DNA of 64,000 bases, taken from contig OY970332.1 of the NCBI GenBank assembly GCA_963717435.1, forward strand, positions 832,001 to 896,000, written 5' to 3'. Shown here piece after piece: positions 1-10,360 of this stretch. This stretch comes from an uncultured bacterium. Lineage in GTDB: Bacteria > Babelota > Babeliae > Babelales > Babelaceae. Made by a program: the position numbers and the translations under genes. The notes beneath the pieces were generated by a model, which worked only from the letters and a program-made list of their open reading frames with translations, was not told where the DNA came from and did no database searches. The number at the start of each line of letters is the position of its first letter. Within the stretch, counting starts at the first letter, position 1.

Positions 1-46
1 CAAAGCTGGTAAAAACTTGAAAGAGTCTGTACGAGCTTCTAGGTAA
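1..46 (+). CDS. HU/IHF family DNA-binding protein, 3' end only
   Basis: Frame 2 reads KAGKNLKESVRASR*, matching the (F)KAGKxLKxxV C-terminus of HU; truncated by window edge. Confidence 0.65.
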   Translation, partial: KAGKNLKESVRASR

Positions 47-77
47 ATAGTTTTTAAAAGTAATAAGCTTTTATCCT

Positions 78-104
78 AATAATGGGCCGCATAGGCCCAT
101 TATT
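78..104. terminator. Probable bidirectional intrinsic terminator
   Basis: AATAATGGGCC-gcata-GGCCCATTATT hairpin between convergent genes. Confidence 0.7.
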
Positions 105-128
105 TGTTGCTCATTTTTTTATAGTCAA

Positions 129-602
129 TTAGTTAGCTGCGCTTGTCTGTTCAGCGGTAGCCGTTGTGTCATTCTTTTTTCCAAGCGGTAGACTAGATTT
201 CGGGACCAACTTTGGTGTTGATGACGTTAGTGCGCTTGCTGCTGCAGGTCGTACGTTGGTAATTACTTGTGTTGTTATACCGCCCTTGCCATCATTTTGT
301 ATGTGAAGATCCAGAATTATTGGACTAAGACAGCCCAACTGCAGTGGCTGTGATATTGGATTCCCTGAACTGTCTTTGACGGGATTGCCCGAATCGTCCA
401 GTTTCGAAATTGAAATTGCGCCTCCGCAAATTGTCTGCTTAGCTAAAGTGGTTTTTTTGAAGGACCTGATAGCAAAAAGTTGTTTCCCAAAACTTGTCGT
501 TATTATCATGACATTAAAATCTGAGTCGTTAAAAATATTATATTGTCCAGATTGGATGCCCATATTTGTAGCAATAAATATGTAAAAAATATATTTTTTC
601 AT
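129..602 (-). CDS. Secreted hypothetical protein, paralog of 634..1053
   Basis: MKK + hydrophobic N-terminus; shares IC-G, C-x-x-P-x-x-LDL-x-I-x-NDG-x-GGI with neighbour. Confidence 0.75.
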   Translation of the reverse strand: MKKYIFYIFIATNMGIQSGQYNIFNDSDFNVMIITTSFGKQLFAIRSFKKTTLAKQTICGGAISISKLDDSGNPVKDSSGNPISQPLQLGCLSPIILDLHIQNDGKGGITTQVITNVRPAAASALTSSTPKLVPKSSLPLGKKNDTTATAEQTSAAN

Positions 603-633
603 AGCTTTCCCTTCTAATAATAATTAAAAATAA

Positions 634-1053
634 TCAAATATTAATACTCAGCTTGTTTTGAAGTTGTTTAAGCAGCTCTATAATTTTTTTGTAGTTATTT
701 ATTTTGGCCCTGTTTTCAAAAGATACAGAAGCTGAAATTCCACCATTGCCGTCATTTATTATGGTCAAATCCAGTGTTCTTGGATCCATGCAGTTTAGTG
801 ATAGTGCTAATTTTGAATTTGTTACAGTTCCGCCCATCGCCTGAACTGTAACATTGCCGCAAATCTGTTTTTTTATTAGCACAGAGTTTGAAAATAGAGT
901 TATTACTTGCGGTACGGGCTTGTCGCAATTAATTGTTATAGTGTAGTTTGACCAGTTATTTATATTGAATAACACTGCTTTCAGATTAAAATTTGCGCTT
1001 ATTAATGCCAATAATATATATCTTGCTAGCCCGTGGTTTATGTAATTTTTCAT
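634..1053 (-). CDS. Secreted hypothetical protein, paralog of 129..602
   Basis: Signal-like N-terminus (start at MKNYIN after GGAAGGGG); shared motifs with neighbour. Confidence 0.75.
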   Translation of the reverse strand: MKNYINHGLARYILLALISANFNLKAVLFNINNWSNYTITINCDKPVPQVITLFSNSVLIKKQICGNVTVQAMGGTVTNSKLALSLNCMDPRTLDLTIINDGNGGISASVSFENRAKINNYKKIIELLKQLQNKLSINI

Positions 1054-1300
1054 ATAACCCCTTCCCAAATTGTTTTTAACTGTTTTTAAGCTGGTTCTAA
1101 GCTTGAAGCTAAGAGTTTATACTCTTTATCTATATTTCATCAAAACAGCAGGGAGTTAGTAAACAGTTTTTATATTTGGCAGTTCAGATTCTGTCACTTT
1201 AAAAAAAATAGATTTACCTGTATTATTACTGTGTACACTTAATTTTTTATTTAAAATTATATAAATAAGATATTTTGAAAGATAACTTGAAAGATAACTA

Positions 1301-2530
1301 ATGATAGACCTGAATGCGCTACGTGAAAATCCGGCCAAAACTATCGCCAGCATAAAACGCAAGGACCCTGAGTTCGATGCGGAAAAGCTTGCGTCTTTAG
1401 ATCAGGAATTGCGACATCTTAAGGTAGAAATCGAGAGCCTGCGCAACCAGAAAAATGAACTTGCAAAGCTTGGCAAATCTGGCGTTACTGAACAGTTAAG
1501 GGAACAATCTAAGCATATTAGTTCAAGCTTGAAAGACAAAGAAGCTGCTCTTGAGAAAATTGAACAAGATTTCAAAAATCTATATTTGATGTGCCCCAAC
1601 GTCCCATTTGACGACGTTCCAAATGGAAACAAAGAATCTAATAAAGTTGTAAAAGAAGTTGGGAAAAAGCCAGAATTTAAGTTTGAGCCTAAAAATCATG
1701 TCGAGTTGGGAAAAGAATTGGGCTGGTTTGATTTTGAAGCTGCGTCTCGTATGACCGGAAGCAACTTTGCCCTATATAAAGGCGAAGGGGTAAAGCTTGT
1801 ATATTCTCTTATGTTGTTTATGCTAAAAAATAATATAAGACATGGATACGAGCCAATCTTGCCTCCATATTTAGTAAACGAGAAGTCTTTAGAGTCAGCA
1901 AGTAATTTCCCAAGATTTAAAGATGCTGTTTATGAAATTGAAAAAGACAGTTTATACTTGACTCCAACAGCAGAAGTTAATCTTACAAATATATATAGGG
2001 ATCACATATTTGCGGCTTCAGATCTGCCGGTAAGAATGACGGCTTGGACAAGTTGTTTCAGACGTGAAGCAGGAACTTACGGTTCTTCAGAACGGGGCTT
2101 GATTAGAATCCATCAGTTTGAAAAAGTTGAACTTTATGCCATTACTGAACCGGAAAAGTCTGCCGCTGAACTCGATCGCATGATAGCTTGCGCAGAAGAA
2201 ATATTAAATAAATTGGGACTTCACTACAGAATTAGTTTATTGGCTGCCCAAGACTGCTCTTTTGCATCTGCAAAAACATATGACATTGAGGTCTGGATGC
2301 CTGGCCAAAAGGCTTATTATGAAGTTTCTTCTTCAAGTAATTGCACAGATTTTCAAGCAAGAAGAGCCGCTATTAGATTTAAGCATGATGCAAATTCTAA
2401 GCCCCATTTGGTTAATACTCTAAATGCTTCTTCACTTGCACTGCCAAGATTAATGGTTGCACTTATGGAAACTTATCAACAGGAAGATGGGACCATAGCT
2501 ATCCCAGATATTTTAAAAACTATATTTTAA
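1301..2530 (+). CDS. serS: Serine--tRNA ligase
   Basis: N-terminal coiled arm, LTPTAEV, CFRREAG, GLIRIHQFEKVE, EVSSSSNCTDFQARR class II motifs. Confidence 0.97.
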   Translation: MIDLNALRENPAKTIASIKRKDPEFDAEKLASLDQELRHLKVEIESLRNQKNELAKLGKSGVTEQLREQSKHISSSLKDKEAALEKIEQDFKNLYLMCPNVPFDDVPNGNKESNKVVKEVGKKPEFKFEPKNHVELGKELGWFDFEAASRMTGSNFALYKGEGVKLVYSLMLFMLKNNIRHGYEPILPPYLVNEKSLESASNFPRFKDAVYEIEKDSLYLTPTAEVNLTNIYRDHIFAASDLPVRMTAWTSCFRREAGTYGSSERGLIRIHQFEKVELYAITEPEKSAAELDRMIACAEEILNKLGLHYRISLLAAQDCSFASAKTYDIEVWMPGQKAYYEVSSSSNCTDFQARRAAIRFKHDANSKPHLVNTLNASSLALPRLMVALMETYQQEDGTIAIPDILKTIF

Positions 2531-2547
2531 TTTAAATTTTTATTTTC

Positions 2548-3417
2548 ATGATAAAAAAAGAGCTTCTTGAAAAAGTTAAACATATAGAGATTCAAACCAA
2601 GCGGGTACTTTCGGGATTTATGTCTGGGGATTATAGAACCAAGACACGAGGATTCGGATTTGATTTTGATCAACTGCGAGACTATGTTCAGGGCGATGAC
2701 GTTAGATTTATTGACTGGAAAAGTTCTGCCCGCATGGGAAAAACTTTGGTTCGGCAGTATCTTGAAGATAAAAATAGATCGATATTTGTAATGCTTGATA
2801 TCTCAGGATCAACTTTTTTTGCTGATAAAAAAGATTTTATGGCCCAAATTGGATCTGTTTTATCACTTGCAGGTTTCTATAATAAAGATAATGTTGGCCT
2901 AATTTTATTTAGTAACAAAATTTTAAAATTTATACCTGCTCGTGCAGGCAGGCAGCATGTGTTAAAAATTATAGAAGAGATATTTGAGTTTGAAAGTGAA
3001 ACTGACTCGAAATTAACTAATTTGACTGATATATCCCAAGTTATAAAAGAGACTATGGGAAGACTTAAAAATAATAGTGTTGTTTTTTTGATATCAGATT
3101 TTTGGGATCAGGATTATCAAGATTCACTAAAAGTATTTTCAAAGCACCACGACGTGATAGCTATCTCTTGTTATAAGTTTATAGAGAAAGCTTTGCCCAA
3201 GGTTGGCATTTTGGAGTTTGAAGATTTGGAAAGTTCTTCTAAGTCTGTTTTAAATTTAAACTCGGGTGGCGCTAAGCGAGTTAATATTTTTTTGAAAAAT
3301 TTTAGAGAAGATTTTGTAAAGTTTTGCAAACAAAACTCTATCGATGTTTTAGAAATAAATAACGACCACGATGTAATTAATAAATTAATAGAGCTGTTTC
3401 AAAAAAGAATAAAATAA
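2548..3417 (+). CDS. DUF58 domain protein (vWA-like, MoxR/Bat associated)
   Basis: FDQLRDYVQGDDVRFIDWKSSAR, LDISGS, LISDF motifs. Confidence 0.9.
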   Translation: MIKKELLEKVKHIEIQTKRVLSGFMSGDYRTKTRGFGFDFDQLRDYVQGDDVRFIDWKSSARMGKTLVRQYLEDKNRSIFVMLDISGSTFFADKKDFMAQIGSVLSLAGFYNKDNVGLILFSNKILKFIPARAGRQHVLKIIEEIFEFESETDSKLTNLTDISQVIKETMGRLKNNSVVFLISDFWDQDYQDSLKVFSKHHDVIAISCYKFIEKALPKVGILEFEDLESSSKSVLNLNSGGAKRVNIFLKNFREDFVKFCKQNSIDVLEINNDHDVINKLIELFQKRIK

Positions 3418-3419
3418 TT

Positions 3420-4016
3420 ATGCTTAATAATCCCAATAATATTAATATAGAAGATATTTATGACATTATTGAAAAGCCCGCAGCAGTAAATTACAGATTT
3501 TTATTTGCTGCAATATTTGCTTTTGTTGTGCTAATTATAGTTATATTTTTTATTGTCAGAAAATATTTAAAACACGAAAAAAATTCGCCAGAGAATTTAG
3601 CAATAAAAAACTTAAAAGCTTTAAAAATAGAAAAATATTTTCAAGAAAACAGATCCAGTTATTTATATGCAGAGATTTCAAAAATTATAAAAAACTATTT
3701 TTCACAAAAAACTGGAATAAATTTTTTGAGCATGAGCGACGAGGAGTTTGTTAAATATTTGCAAGATGTTATATCAAGTGGGGATAGTTCTATTTTAGAA
3801 TCACAAGCGCCGGCAGGTACTAAAATTGATACAAGTATCAGCGGCTTTATTGATAAAAATAATTTAGATATGTTAATAAAATTAATTTCTAATTTTCAGA
3901 AAGTTAAGTTTGCTCGCCATGGAGTGGAAGAATCACAAGTGTCCGATGACATTTCTAAAATTATAGCAGTTTTATTGATCACAAACAAAGACAAAAATAA
4001 AATCACAAAAGACTAG
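3420..4016 (+). CDS. Single-TM hypothetical protein of the type that follows DUF58 in Bat-like loci
   Basis: IEDI, one TM helix, YAEISKIIKNYF, VKFA; directly follows DUF58. Confidence 0.6.
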   Translation: MLNNPNNINIEDIYDIIEKPAAVNYRFLFAAIFAFVVLIIVIFFIVRKYLKHEKNSPENLAIKNLKALKIEKYFQENRSSYLYAEISKIIKNYFSQKTGINFLSMSDEEFVKYLQDVISSGDSSILESQAPAGTKIDTSISGFIDKNNLDMLIKLISNFQKVKFARHGVEESQVSDDISKIIAVLLITNKDKNKITKD

Positions 4017-4025
4017 GGACAAAAT

Positions 4026-5177
4026 TTGAATTTTGATAGCACGGCGATTGTAAAGTCGCTATATATACATTGGCCATTTTGTCCATATAGATGCCATTTT
4101 TGCCCATTTGTTGCATTGGCGGGTCAAGATGAATTTATGGGGGTCTATCATAAAGCGCTTTGCAAAGAGATTCTGGATTTTGGAGAATCTGAAATTACAA
4201 AAACTCCTATAAGTACGGTCTTTTTGGGCGGGGGCACGCCAAGTACCATGCCAAATGAGATGCTACTTGACATGTCTGGTATACTTAATAATGTCTTCAC
4301 TTTTGAAGACGATGCCGAAATTACCATCGAGGTAAATCCGGGAACAGTTAAACCTGGCCAATTGGAAGTTTGGCAATCAGCAGGGATCAATAGATTGAGT
4401 ATAGGGGTACAGAGTCTTAATAATCAGGTTTTGAAAAAACTAAATAGGCATCAGAACGCTGCTGATGTTTTTGCTTTATTGGATAGTGCAAAAAATATAT
4501 TCGATAATTTATCGATAGACTTAATTGTTGGGTTGCCCGGAGTCTCTTCTGATGACTGGAAAGAAACTTTAAAAACTGTTGTGACGCTGCCCATTAAACA
4601 TATTTCTATATATTTTTTAACTGTTCATGAAGACACGCCATTATATTTTGGCGTTAAGCAAAAAAAGATACTATTGCCACAAGATAATCAGATAGTTGAT
4701 CTGTATTATTGGTCAATCGACTATCTAGGGCAGAATGGCTTTTTGCAATATGAGATTTCAAATTTTGCAAAGCCGGGTTATGAATCGAGACATAATTCTG
4801 CTTATTGGAACAGACTCCCGTATAAAGCATTTGGCCTGGGCGCATGTTCTTTTGATGGTAACTCAAGATTTCAAAACGAAAAGAATCTTACAAAATATAT
4901 GGACGGTATAAATAATTTAAATGGAGCCATTAGCTTTTCTGAAAAACTTACCCAAGAGCAGGTTTGGGTTGAGAAATTGATGCTGGGATTGAGAAAGATT
5001 TCTGGCATGAAACTGGCCGATATGCTTGACGGACTTGATTTTGAAAAGCGCGAGCAATTTTTGGGCAAGCTTGATTTCTTACAAAAAGAGAATCTTCTGT
5101 TGGTTCAAGATTGTGTAGTTAAATTAACAAAACCCGGTCTTTCACTGGAAAATGAAATTGTTTTAAGACTTATTTAG
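4026..5177 (+). CDS. hemW: Radical SAM heme chaperone HemW (HemN-like)
   Basis: LYIHWPFCPYRCHFC (CxxxCxxC), GGGTPS, RLSIGVQS, YEISNFA, HNSAYW. Confidence 0.9.
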   Translation: MNFDSTAIVKSLYIHWPFCPYRCHFCPFVALAGQDEFMGVYHKALCKEILDFGESEITKTPISTVFLGGGTPSTMPNEMLLDMSGILNNVFTFEDDAEITIEVNPGTVKPGQLEVWQSAGINRLSIGVQSLNNQVLKKLNRHQNAADVFALLDSAKNIFDNLSIDLIVGLPGVSSDDWKETLKTVVTLPIKHISIYFLTVHEDTPLYFGVKQKKILLPQDNQIVDLYYWSIDYLGQNGFLQYEISNFAKPGYESRHNSAYWNRLPYKAFGLGACSFDGNSRFQNEKNLTKYMDGINNLNGAISFSEKLTQEQVWVEKLMLGLRKISGMKLADMLDGLDFEKREQFLGKLDFLQKENLLLVQDCVVKLTKPGLSLENEIVLRLI

Positions 5178-5210
5178 TAAATCGAAAATTTTTTACGAAA
5201 GGTATCAATT

Positions 5211-5672
5211 ATGGCAAAACATGTTGGGGCTAAACTTCCTGAAGATTTAATAGAAGTTTTAAAAAAAATGCAAACAGTTGCCGTTTTGGCAACATTTTCT
5301 GAAGCCGGTCTGCCGCATACAACTCCTATACAATGCATTTATGCAAAGGGTTCAGAAAGTATTTTAATGACCATACATAAAGAACATACTGGCTACCATA
5401 ATATGGTCTGGCAGAAAAAGGTTATGATCTGCTTTCTTGATGCACAAAATGTTGCTTATAGCGTCTTGGGCCGTGCTGGTGTTGTTAGAGCGCCATCATT
5501 GGTACATCCATTAATGAACGTTGTAAGAATAGATATTATTGATATCAAGAGCGATCGTTCAGTTCTTACCAAAGTTGATTCAGGTGTTCGTTGGAGCTAT
5601 ACTTCAGCAGAAGCGCAAGAGTTAACAGAAAGTCTGATGGACGAGCTTAAGGAGCTTGCGCGTACTTTATAA
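5211..5672 (+). CDS. Pyridoxamine 5'-phosphate oxidase-like (split barrel) protein
   Basis: VLATFSEAGLPHTTP N-terminal motif; size. Confidence 0.7.
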   Translation: MAKHVGAKLPEDLIEVLKKMQTVAVLATFSEAGLPHTTPIQCIYAKGSESILMTIHKEHTGYHNMVWQKKVMICFLDAQNVAYSVLGRAGVVRAPSLVHPLMNVVRIDIIDIKSDRSVLTKVDSGVRWSYTSAEAQELTESLMDELKELARTL

Positions 5673-5689
5673 TTTTTTATGGGTGAATT

Positions 5690-6694
5690 ATGAAAAAACT
5701 ATCTAAAATAAAGATTATCGCGCCAGCAGCTCTATTAGGTATTAATATTTGGGGTTTAACTAGTTTAGAAAAAAATAAACAAGAAAATATTGATACAAAT
5801 ATTGGCGATAAAAATTTTAGTTCCCGAGAATCGGAGGCTGACTCATCTGAAGATTCAGGTATAGATAACGTTGATGAACAGGATAGTGGCAACTGGTACG
5901 AAAAAAGAATTTTGCTAAAGAAAGCTGGCCCAAAAAGAGCAAAAATTAGCAAAAAAGTTGCTGCCCTAACACACGGAGCCAGTGCGTTTATAGAAAAACG
6001 TAACGCCGAAGAAGCTATGGTAAAGCAAGAGCTTTTAGATTTCGGTTTCACGGTTACATACCTTGATGAACAAATAAATAATTTATCTAAAGAGATAGAC
6101 GAGACCCGCAAAAAAGAGGGCCTTAACGAACAAGAACGCTCCGCGCTTGATGAAGTCGTAAAAGATAAAGCTGATTTGGATCAGCTAAAATCTGACGTAG
6201 ATTTGATTTCTCAACTTGATGGTTCTGTCGGGAAAGCAATTGAAAAGCTAATGCAGCAGATAGAGGTCGCATCTGGTTACGAACAAAAAGCTCTTGAACT
6301 TTATGACGCGATCGCAGATGTTTTGGATGACAAAAAAGCAAAAAGTTATTATCTACAAATCGAAACATTACTTGATAATGTCGAAGCAATAGAGCGCTAT
6401 ATTAATACGCAGTTTTCAAGCTATATAGATAGCTCAATTAATACAATTAAAGAGTCTATAGAAAAAGTAAAAACTTCAACAAAAACTTTGCAAGAACGTG
6501 GTCTTATTGTAACAAAGCAGTTTGAAGAGGCACAAAAAGCTGAGCAAGAAAGAATTGCAAAAGAAAAAGCTGCAAAGAAAGCTGTTGCAAGCAAGAGCTG
6601 GTTCTCAGGCGTTACAGATTTTATGATGCAAATTTTCAGTTGGGTAGCTTACCCGTTTGTGTGGCTCTATTCGCTTATATTCGGCTCAAAATAA
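5690..6694 (+). CDS. Coiled-coil hypothetical protein with hydrophobic N- and C-termini
   Basis: 334 aa ORF, long heptad-rich region, aromatic C-terminal anchor. Confidence 0.75.
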   Translation: MKKLSKIKIIAPAALLGINIWGLTSLEKNKQENIDTNIGDKNFSSRESEADSSEDSGIDNVDEQDSGNWYEKRILLKKAGPKRAKISKKVAALTHGASAFIEKRNAEEAMVKQELLDFGFTVTYLDEQINNLSKEIDETRKKEGLNEQERSALDEVVKDKADLDQLKSDVDLISQLDGSVGKAIEKLMQQIEVASGYEQKALELYDAIADVLDDKKAKSYYLQIETLLDNVEAIERYINTQFSSYIDSSINTIKESIEKVKTSTKTLQERGLIVTKQFEEAQKAEQERIAKEKAAKKAVASKSWFSGVTDFMMQIFSWVAYPFVWLYSLIFGSK

Positions 6695-6757
6695 TTTGTA
6701 AGACTAAGCTAATTCTGTTAGAATTTGCGTAGTATATTTTGAGTATATTTGAACAGC

Positions 6758-6844
6758 GCGGAAGTGGTGAAATTGGCAGACACGCAGCTTTGAGGGGGCT
6801 GTGGGAGTAATCCTGTAAGAGTTCGAGTCTCTTCTTCCGCACCA
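6758..6844 (+). tRNA. tRNA-Leu(GAG)
   Basis: GCGGAAG/CTTCCGC acceptor stem, CAGCT-TTGAGGG-GGCTG anticodon arm, long variable arm, GTTCGAG, encoded CCA. Confidence 0.96.
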
Positions 6845-6874
6845 GTCATTTCTCCAGAAATGACTGGCAGGCCA
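6842..6874 (+). repeat. CCA-bounded hairpin trailer behind tRNA-Leu
   Basis: CCAGTCATTTCT-cc-AGAAATGACTGG then CAGG-CCA; same TGGCAGGCCA end as the tRNA-Pro trailer. Confidence 0.75.
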
Positions 6875-6955
6875 CCTTCTTTAATAGTTTAAATTTAATA
6901 TAATAAAAAATTGATAGCAAAGAGCGCAGTTATGATTTCATAAGTAAGGTATTTT

Positions 6956-7459
6956 ATGAAAATAATTCGATTTATATTAGCAGGCATATTGTTTCAAGGT
7001 TTTGTGCAAGCTCAGCAAATTATTTCGCCAGAAGATTTGGATCAAATCAGTTATACATTGGGCAATTTCGTTGAAGGTATAAATAAAAAAGACTATGAAA
7101 AGATGCGTCAGGCCTTTACAAAAGATGATGCCAAACTTATCTCTGCTGTTCAACAAAAAGCTATGAGCCTCACATTATATGGACTTGCACTCAAATCTGG
7201 TGAATGTTGGCAGGAAATTGAGCCTGGCAAAAAAGTTAGATTTAATTGTATTTATAAAGAAGAGAGTCCATGCACTAAGATTTCTGGCCTTTCAACATAT
7301 TTTGTGTTTGAAAAGAGTGGCGATCGTTGGTTTATTGTTGATACTGATTTTCATAAGGAAATTTTATTTTTCACATGGCCATGGATTTTATTTTGGGCGA
7401 TCCTGGTGTTGGGGATGATCTTTTTTGGGTTGTGGAGGCTAAATCGTAATAAAAAATGA
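6956..7459 (+). CDS. Exported protein with C-terminal TM anchor, possibly NTF2-like
   Basis: Signal peptide (VQA/QQ), FVFEKSGDRWFIV, C-terminal TM. Confidence 0.7.
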   Translation: MKIIRFILAGILFQGFVQAQQIISPEDLDQISYTLGNFVEGINKKDYEKMRQAFTKDDAKLISAVQQKAMSLTLYGLALKSGECWQEIEPGKKVRFNCIYKEESPCTKISGLSTYFVFEKSGDRWFIVDTDFHKEILFFTWPWILFWAILVLGMIFFGLWRLNRNKK

Positions 7460-7548
7460 GAAAATATCATGAAATATAATTAAAGTAAAAACTTTACTGT
7501 TATCTTCTAAAGTTCTAGTCGCCAGTATAATAAAATATGTCATAAAAT

Positions 7549-7580
7549 AAATATCCCCTGGAAAAATGCAGGGGATATTT
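7549..7580. terminator. Bidirectional intrinsic terminator
   Basis: AAATATCCCCTG...CAGGGGATATTT inverted repeat between convergent genes. Confidence 0.7.
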
Positions 7581-8544
7581 ATTTCTTTAGCTCTTTCTTA
7601 AATATAGCATCTAGATCTAGTGGGTGGGCTATTAATTTATAATTGGCTTCGTTATGATTCTCTATTTCGCCAAGACTTACCATTTCATTTGTGCAACTTA
7701 TATTATTTTCGATATCTTTTAGAAGCTTATCAATAATTGGGGAAGTTTTTCTTTGTTGTGCAAGATCATCATTTATTATGTAACTTTCTTCGATATAGCC
7801 CCATTTTGATATAAGATGTGCAGCAACATTTGTACTATGGGAATACCCAAGAGCAACAATTATGGTTTTTTGCTTATATTTTCTAAAAAATCTATTAATT
7901 GCATTTTTGACCTGATTATCAATCTCGTCGTTCAAGGTGCTATGTATCGCTATACTTCTATCATCAGGATTATAAAAGTAATTATTCTTATTTATGGGCA
8001 CAAATTTTTTAACTTTAAAATCACCAAATAGCATACGTCCAATTCCACTCATCGGGCTTGGACCAACACGATAACTGAAGTTTTTGTATTTTTTTTCTTC
8101 CCCAATTTTTCTTGCAATATATCCCCACCATTTAGAATGTGTTGCTCCAATTGGTAAGTTCAGTTCGGCCATTTCAACACTCCACCAATCTTCGTCTATC
8201 AAAGATATTCTATTTGTTTTTACTATATTAATTAGATCGTTCTGTTGTTTTATCAAATTGGGTAAATTATTTCGTAGAAGATCTATTTTTTTATTAATTT
8301 CATCAACTTTGTAGGCATATAATTTAAGGTGATTTGTACCTTTTTTATCTATAATATTTTCGATTTCAGCACAAATTTTACTTGTTAAATTAGCATCAGC
8401 TTCTATGGTTGCATGTAGGTCATACAGCACGTATACAACATTATTTGATCTGGTTTGACGCAATTTTTTTAACGCAAAAAAATCTGCTTTAAGAGATAAA
8501 TTGGCTAAATTTATGAGTAGTAAGAATTTTAAGTTGTTTTTCAT
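7579..8544 (-). CDS. Secreted hypothetical protein, possible TraB/Tiki/EreA-ChaN-like fold
   Basis: Signal peptide; VYVLYDLH near N-terminus and IIVALGYSH near C-terminus; fold call is speculative. Confidence 0.7.
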   Translation of the reverse strand: MKNNLKFLLLINLANLSLKADFFALKKLRQTRSNNVVYVLYDLHATIEADANLTSKICAEIENIIDKKGTNHLKLYAYKVDEINKKIDLLRNNLPNLIKQQNDLINIVKTNRISLIDEDWWSVEMAELNLPIGATHSKWWGYIARKIGEEKKYKNFSYRVGPSPMSGIGRMLFGDFKVKKFVPINKNNYFYNPDDRSIAIHSTLNDEIDNQVKNAINRFFRKYKQKTIIVALGYSHSTNVAAHLISKWGYIEESYIINDDLAQQRKTSPIIDKLLKDIENNISCTNEMVSLGEIENHNEANYKLIAHPLDLDAIFKKELKK

Positions 8545-8604
8545 ATTTCCCCTTTTGCCATTAACAAATTTTTTTTAATAGCCTACAAACTCTAATGTAT
8601 CAAA

Positions 8605-9282
8605 TCAATAAATAATTATTGAACCAATCTTTCTATTGTGTAAATCATATTTATTATTGAGAAGATTAAATAACAGCGGCCAAGGTTTATGATAAATTTC
8701 ACCAATATATTCTGCATCAAAAATTTCATTGCTCGCGAGCATAAAAGCTAATTCCATAATAAGATAAGAAGAAGCTATTCCGCATGCTTTTTCAAGATCA
8801 ATTGTTTTTTTGATTCGATCTTTCAAAATTGATTTGACTGCTTCATTAACGTCTTCATAAAATTCATTATTGGTCACATAGAGGTTGTTTAAATACTGTT
8901 TTTGTTGTTGATATGCTGGGTTGTTTTCTATATCACATTCCCAGTTAATTATCTTTATGTGTTGCGTATTTTGACTCGCGTTTAAGAGATCAATACTATA
9001 ACTACAACGATTATACAGATTTTTTCCTTTTGATAGCGCTTCTTTTTTGGCTTGCTGGGTGGTATAACCTAATGCTTCAAACGTGGAAATAGTAGGATAG
9101 TCTGGAATTACTATAATAATCCGTGCAAATAAGGGACCAGTCACTGTGAGTAATTCTACTATTTTTTCCCTGGTAAAGTAGCTATTATTAAGGCTCATGC
9201 CAATAACAACAGTCCCTTTATTTTCCAGAATGCGATAGCCAATTGTATATGATTTACCTATCAAATCTCTTTTAATTTCCAA
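8605..9282 (-). CDS. tRNA-dependent cyclodipeptide synthase, NYH subfamily
   Basis: IGMSLNNSYF (S30, N33), YLIME (Y173, E177), IYH (Y197, H198); spacing matches AlbC S37/N40 and Y178/E182/Y202/H203. Confidence 0.88.
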   Translation of the reverse strand: MEIKRDLIGKSYTIGYRILENKGTVVIGMSLNNSYFTREKIVELLTVTGPLFARIIIVIPDYPTISTFEALGYTTQQAKKEALSKGKNLYNRCSYSIDLLNASQNTQHIKIINWECDIENNPAYQQQKQYLNNLYVTNNEFYEDVNEAVKSILKDRIKKTIDLEKACGIASSYLIMELAFMLASNEIFDAEYIGEIYHKPWPLLFNLLNNKYDLHNRKIGSIIIY

Positions 9283-9594
9283 ATTACCCCCAAATTTTGG
9301 CCAAAATTGCCATAATTCCTAATCTTTTTTAGGCTTTGCACCTAGAAAATGTAATAAAAATATTCTTATAACTAATATATGTTTTCTAATTGGCATTATT
9401 TATTTTACCGATATCTTGAATATTGTAAAGACTAAAATGGCGAATATCTGAGGTATAGGAATTCCAATTCAGTATCACCTTGGCGGCAAAAAAACTTCCA
9501 AATACTACGTTTGTAGAGTAAACTAGATAAAAAATATTGACTATCCGATCAAATATTGTTTTTTGTAACAAAAGAAAGAACTATAAGAATAAAC

Positions 9595-10293
9595 ATGAAC
9601 TATTTTAAAATTTTCTCGATTCTAATTTTATTTACACTGTTTTTGAATAATGATTATTCCATGGAGATTGAGAAGTCAAAGTTGGATGAGGAATTTATAT
9701 CTGATTTGAAGCTGCCCTTAGATCAAGAAGATCCATTAAATCTTGAAAATTTGAAAAGTGATTTAAAATTAGGTTCCAACCCTAATCTAATTACTAAAGG
9801 AACATTTGGCTCGAATCTTACTATATTAGATATAGCAGTATCAGATTTAAGAAATTTGGAACTAGTAAAATTATTGTTAAAATCTGGAGCTAATCCTAAT
9901 CTTATTTCTCCCTCCAAAAAATTTACTCCTTTAGATAATGCTTTATATAAAATGCTTACATATGTAAATCAAGATATTTTTGAAGTCTCTAATCAAGATA
10001 TAGTAGCAAATATGAATAATCTGATTGATATAGCTACTGTTTTATTGGAGCATAGTGCGAACCCCAGGATTAGCCAATATAAAACTTATTCTGCTATGAT
10101 ATTTGCAGATCCAGCTAAAGTAGCCAGAAGCTTTTATGATAATGGAATGTGGGATAGCTTTGAACTTCTGGATAAAGTCGTGAACCGATTAGAAGATCTC
10201 ATGAAAGATGAGCACCTTGAGGTTCTAAAGTATTTAGAATTTAAATCTAAACTAGACAATCTGGAAAAATTAATGTTAGAAGCTACTAAATAG
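9595..10293 (+). CDS. Secreted ankyrin-repeat protein
   Basis: Signal peptide then TILDIAV..NLELVKLLLKSGANPN, TPLDNAL, LLEHSANP. Confidence 0.85.
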   Translation: MNYFKIFSILILFTLFLNNDYSMEIEKSKLDEEFISDLKLPLDQEDPLNLENLKSDLKLGSNPNLITKGTFGSNLTILDIAVSDLRNLELVKLLLKSGANPNLISPSKKFTPLDNALYKMLTYVNQDIFEVSNQDIVANMNNLIDIATVLLEHSANPRISQYKTYSAMIFADPAKVARSFYDNGMWDSFELLDKVVNRLEDLMKDEHLEVLKYLEFKSKLDNLEKLMLEATK

Positions 10294-10360
10294 AATAAAA
10301 GATTTATCACATTAAAAATCTATCTTAAAGTACAGCGCCCCTAATTTAAAAGGGATAATT

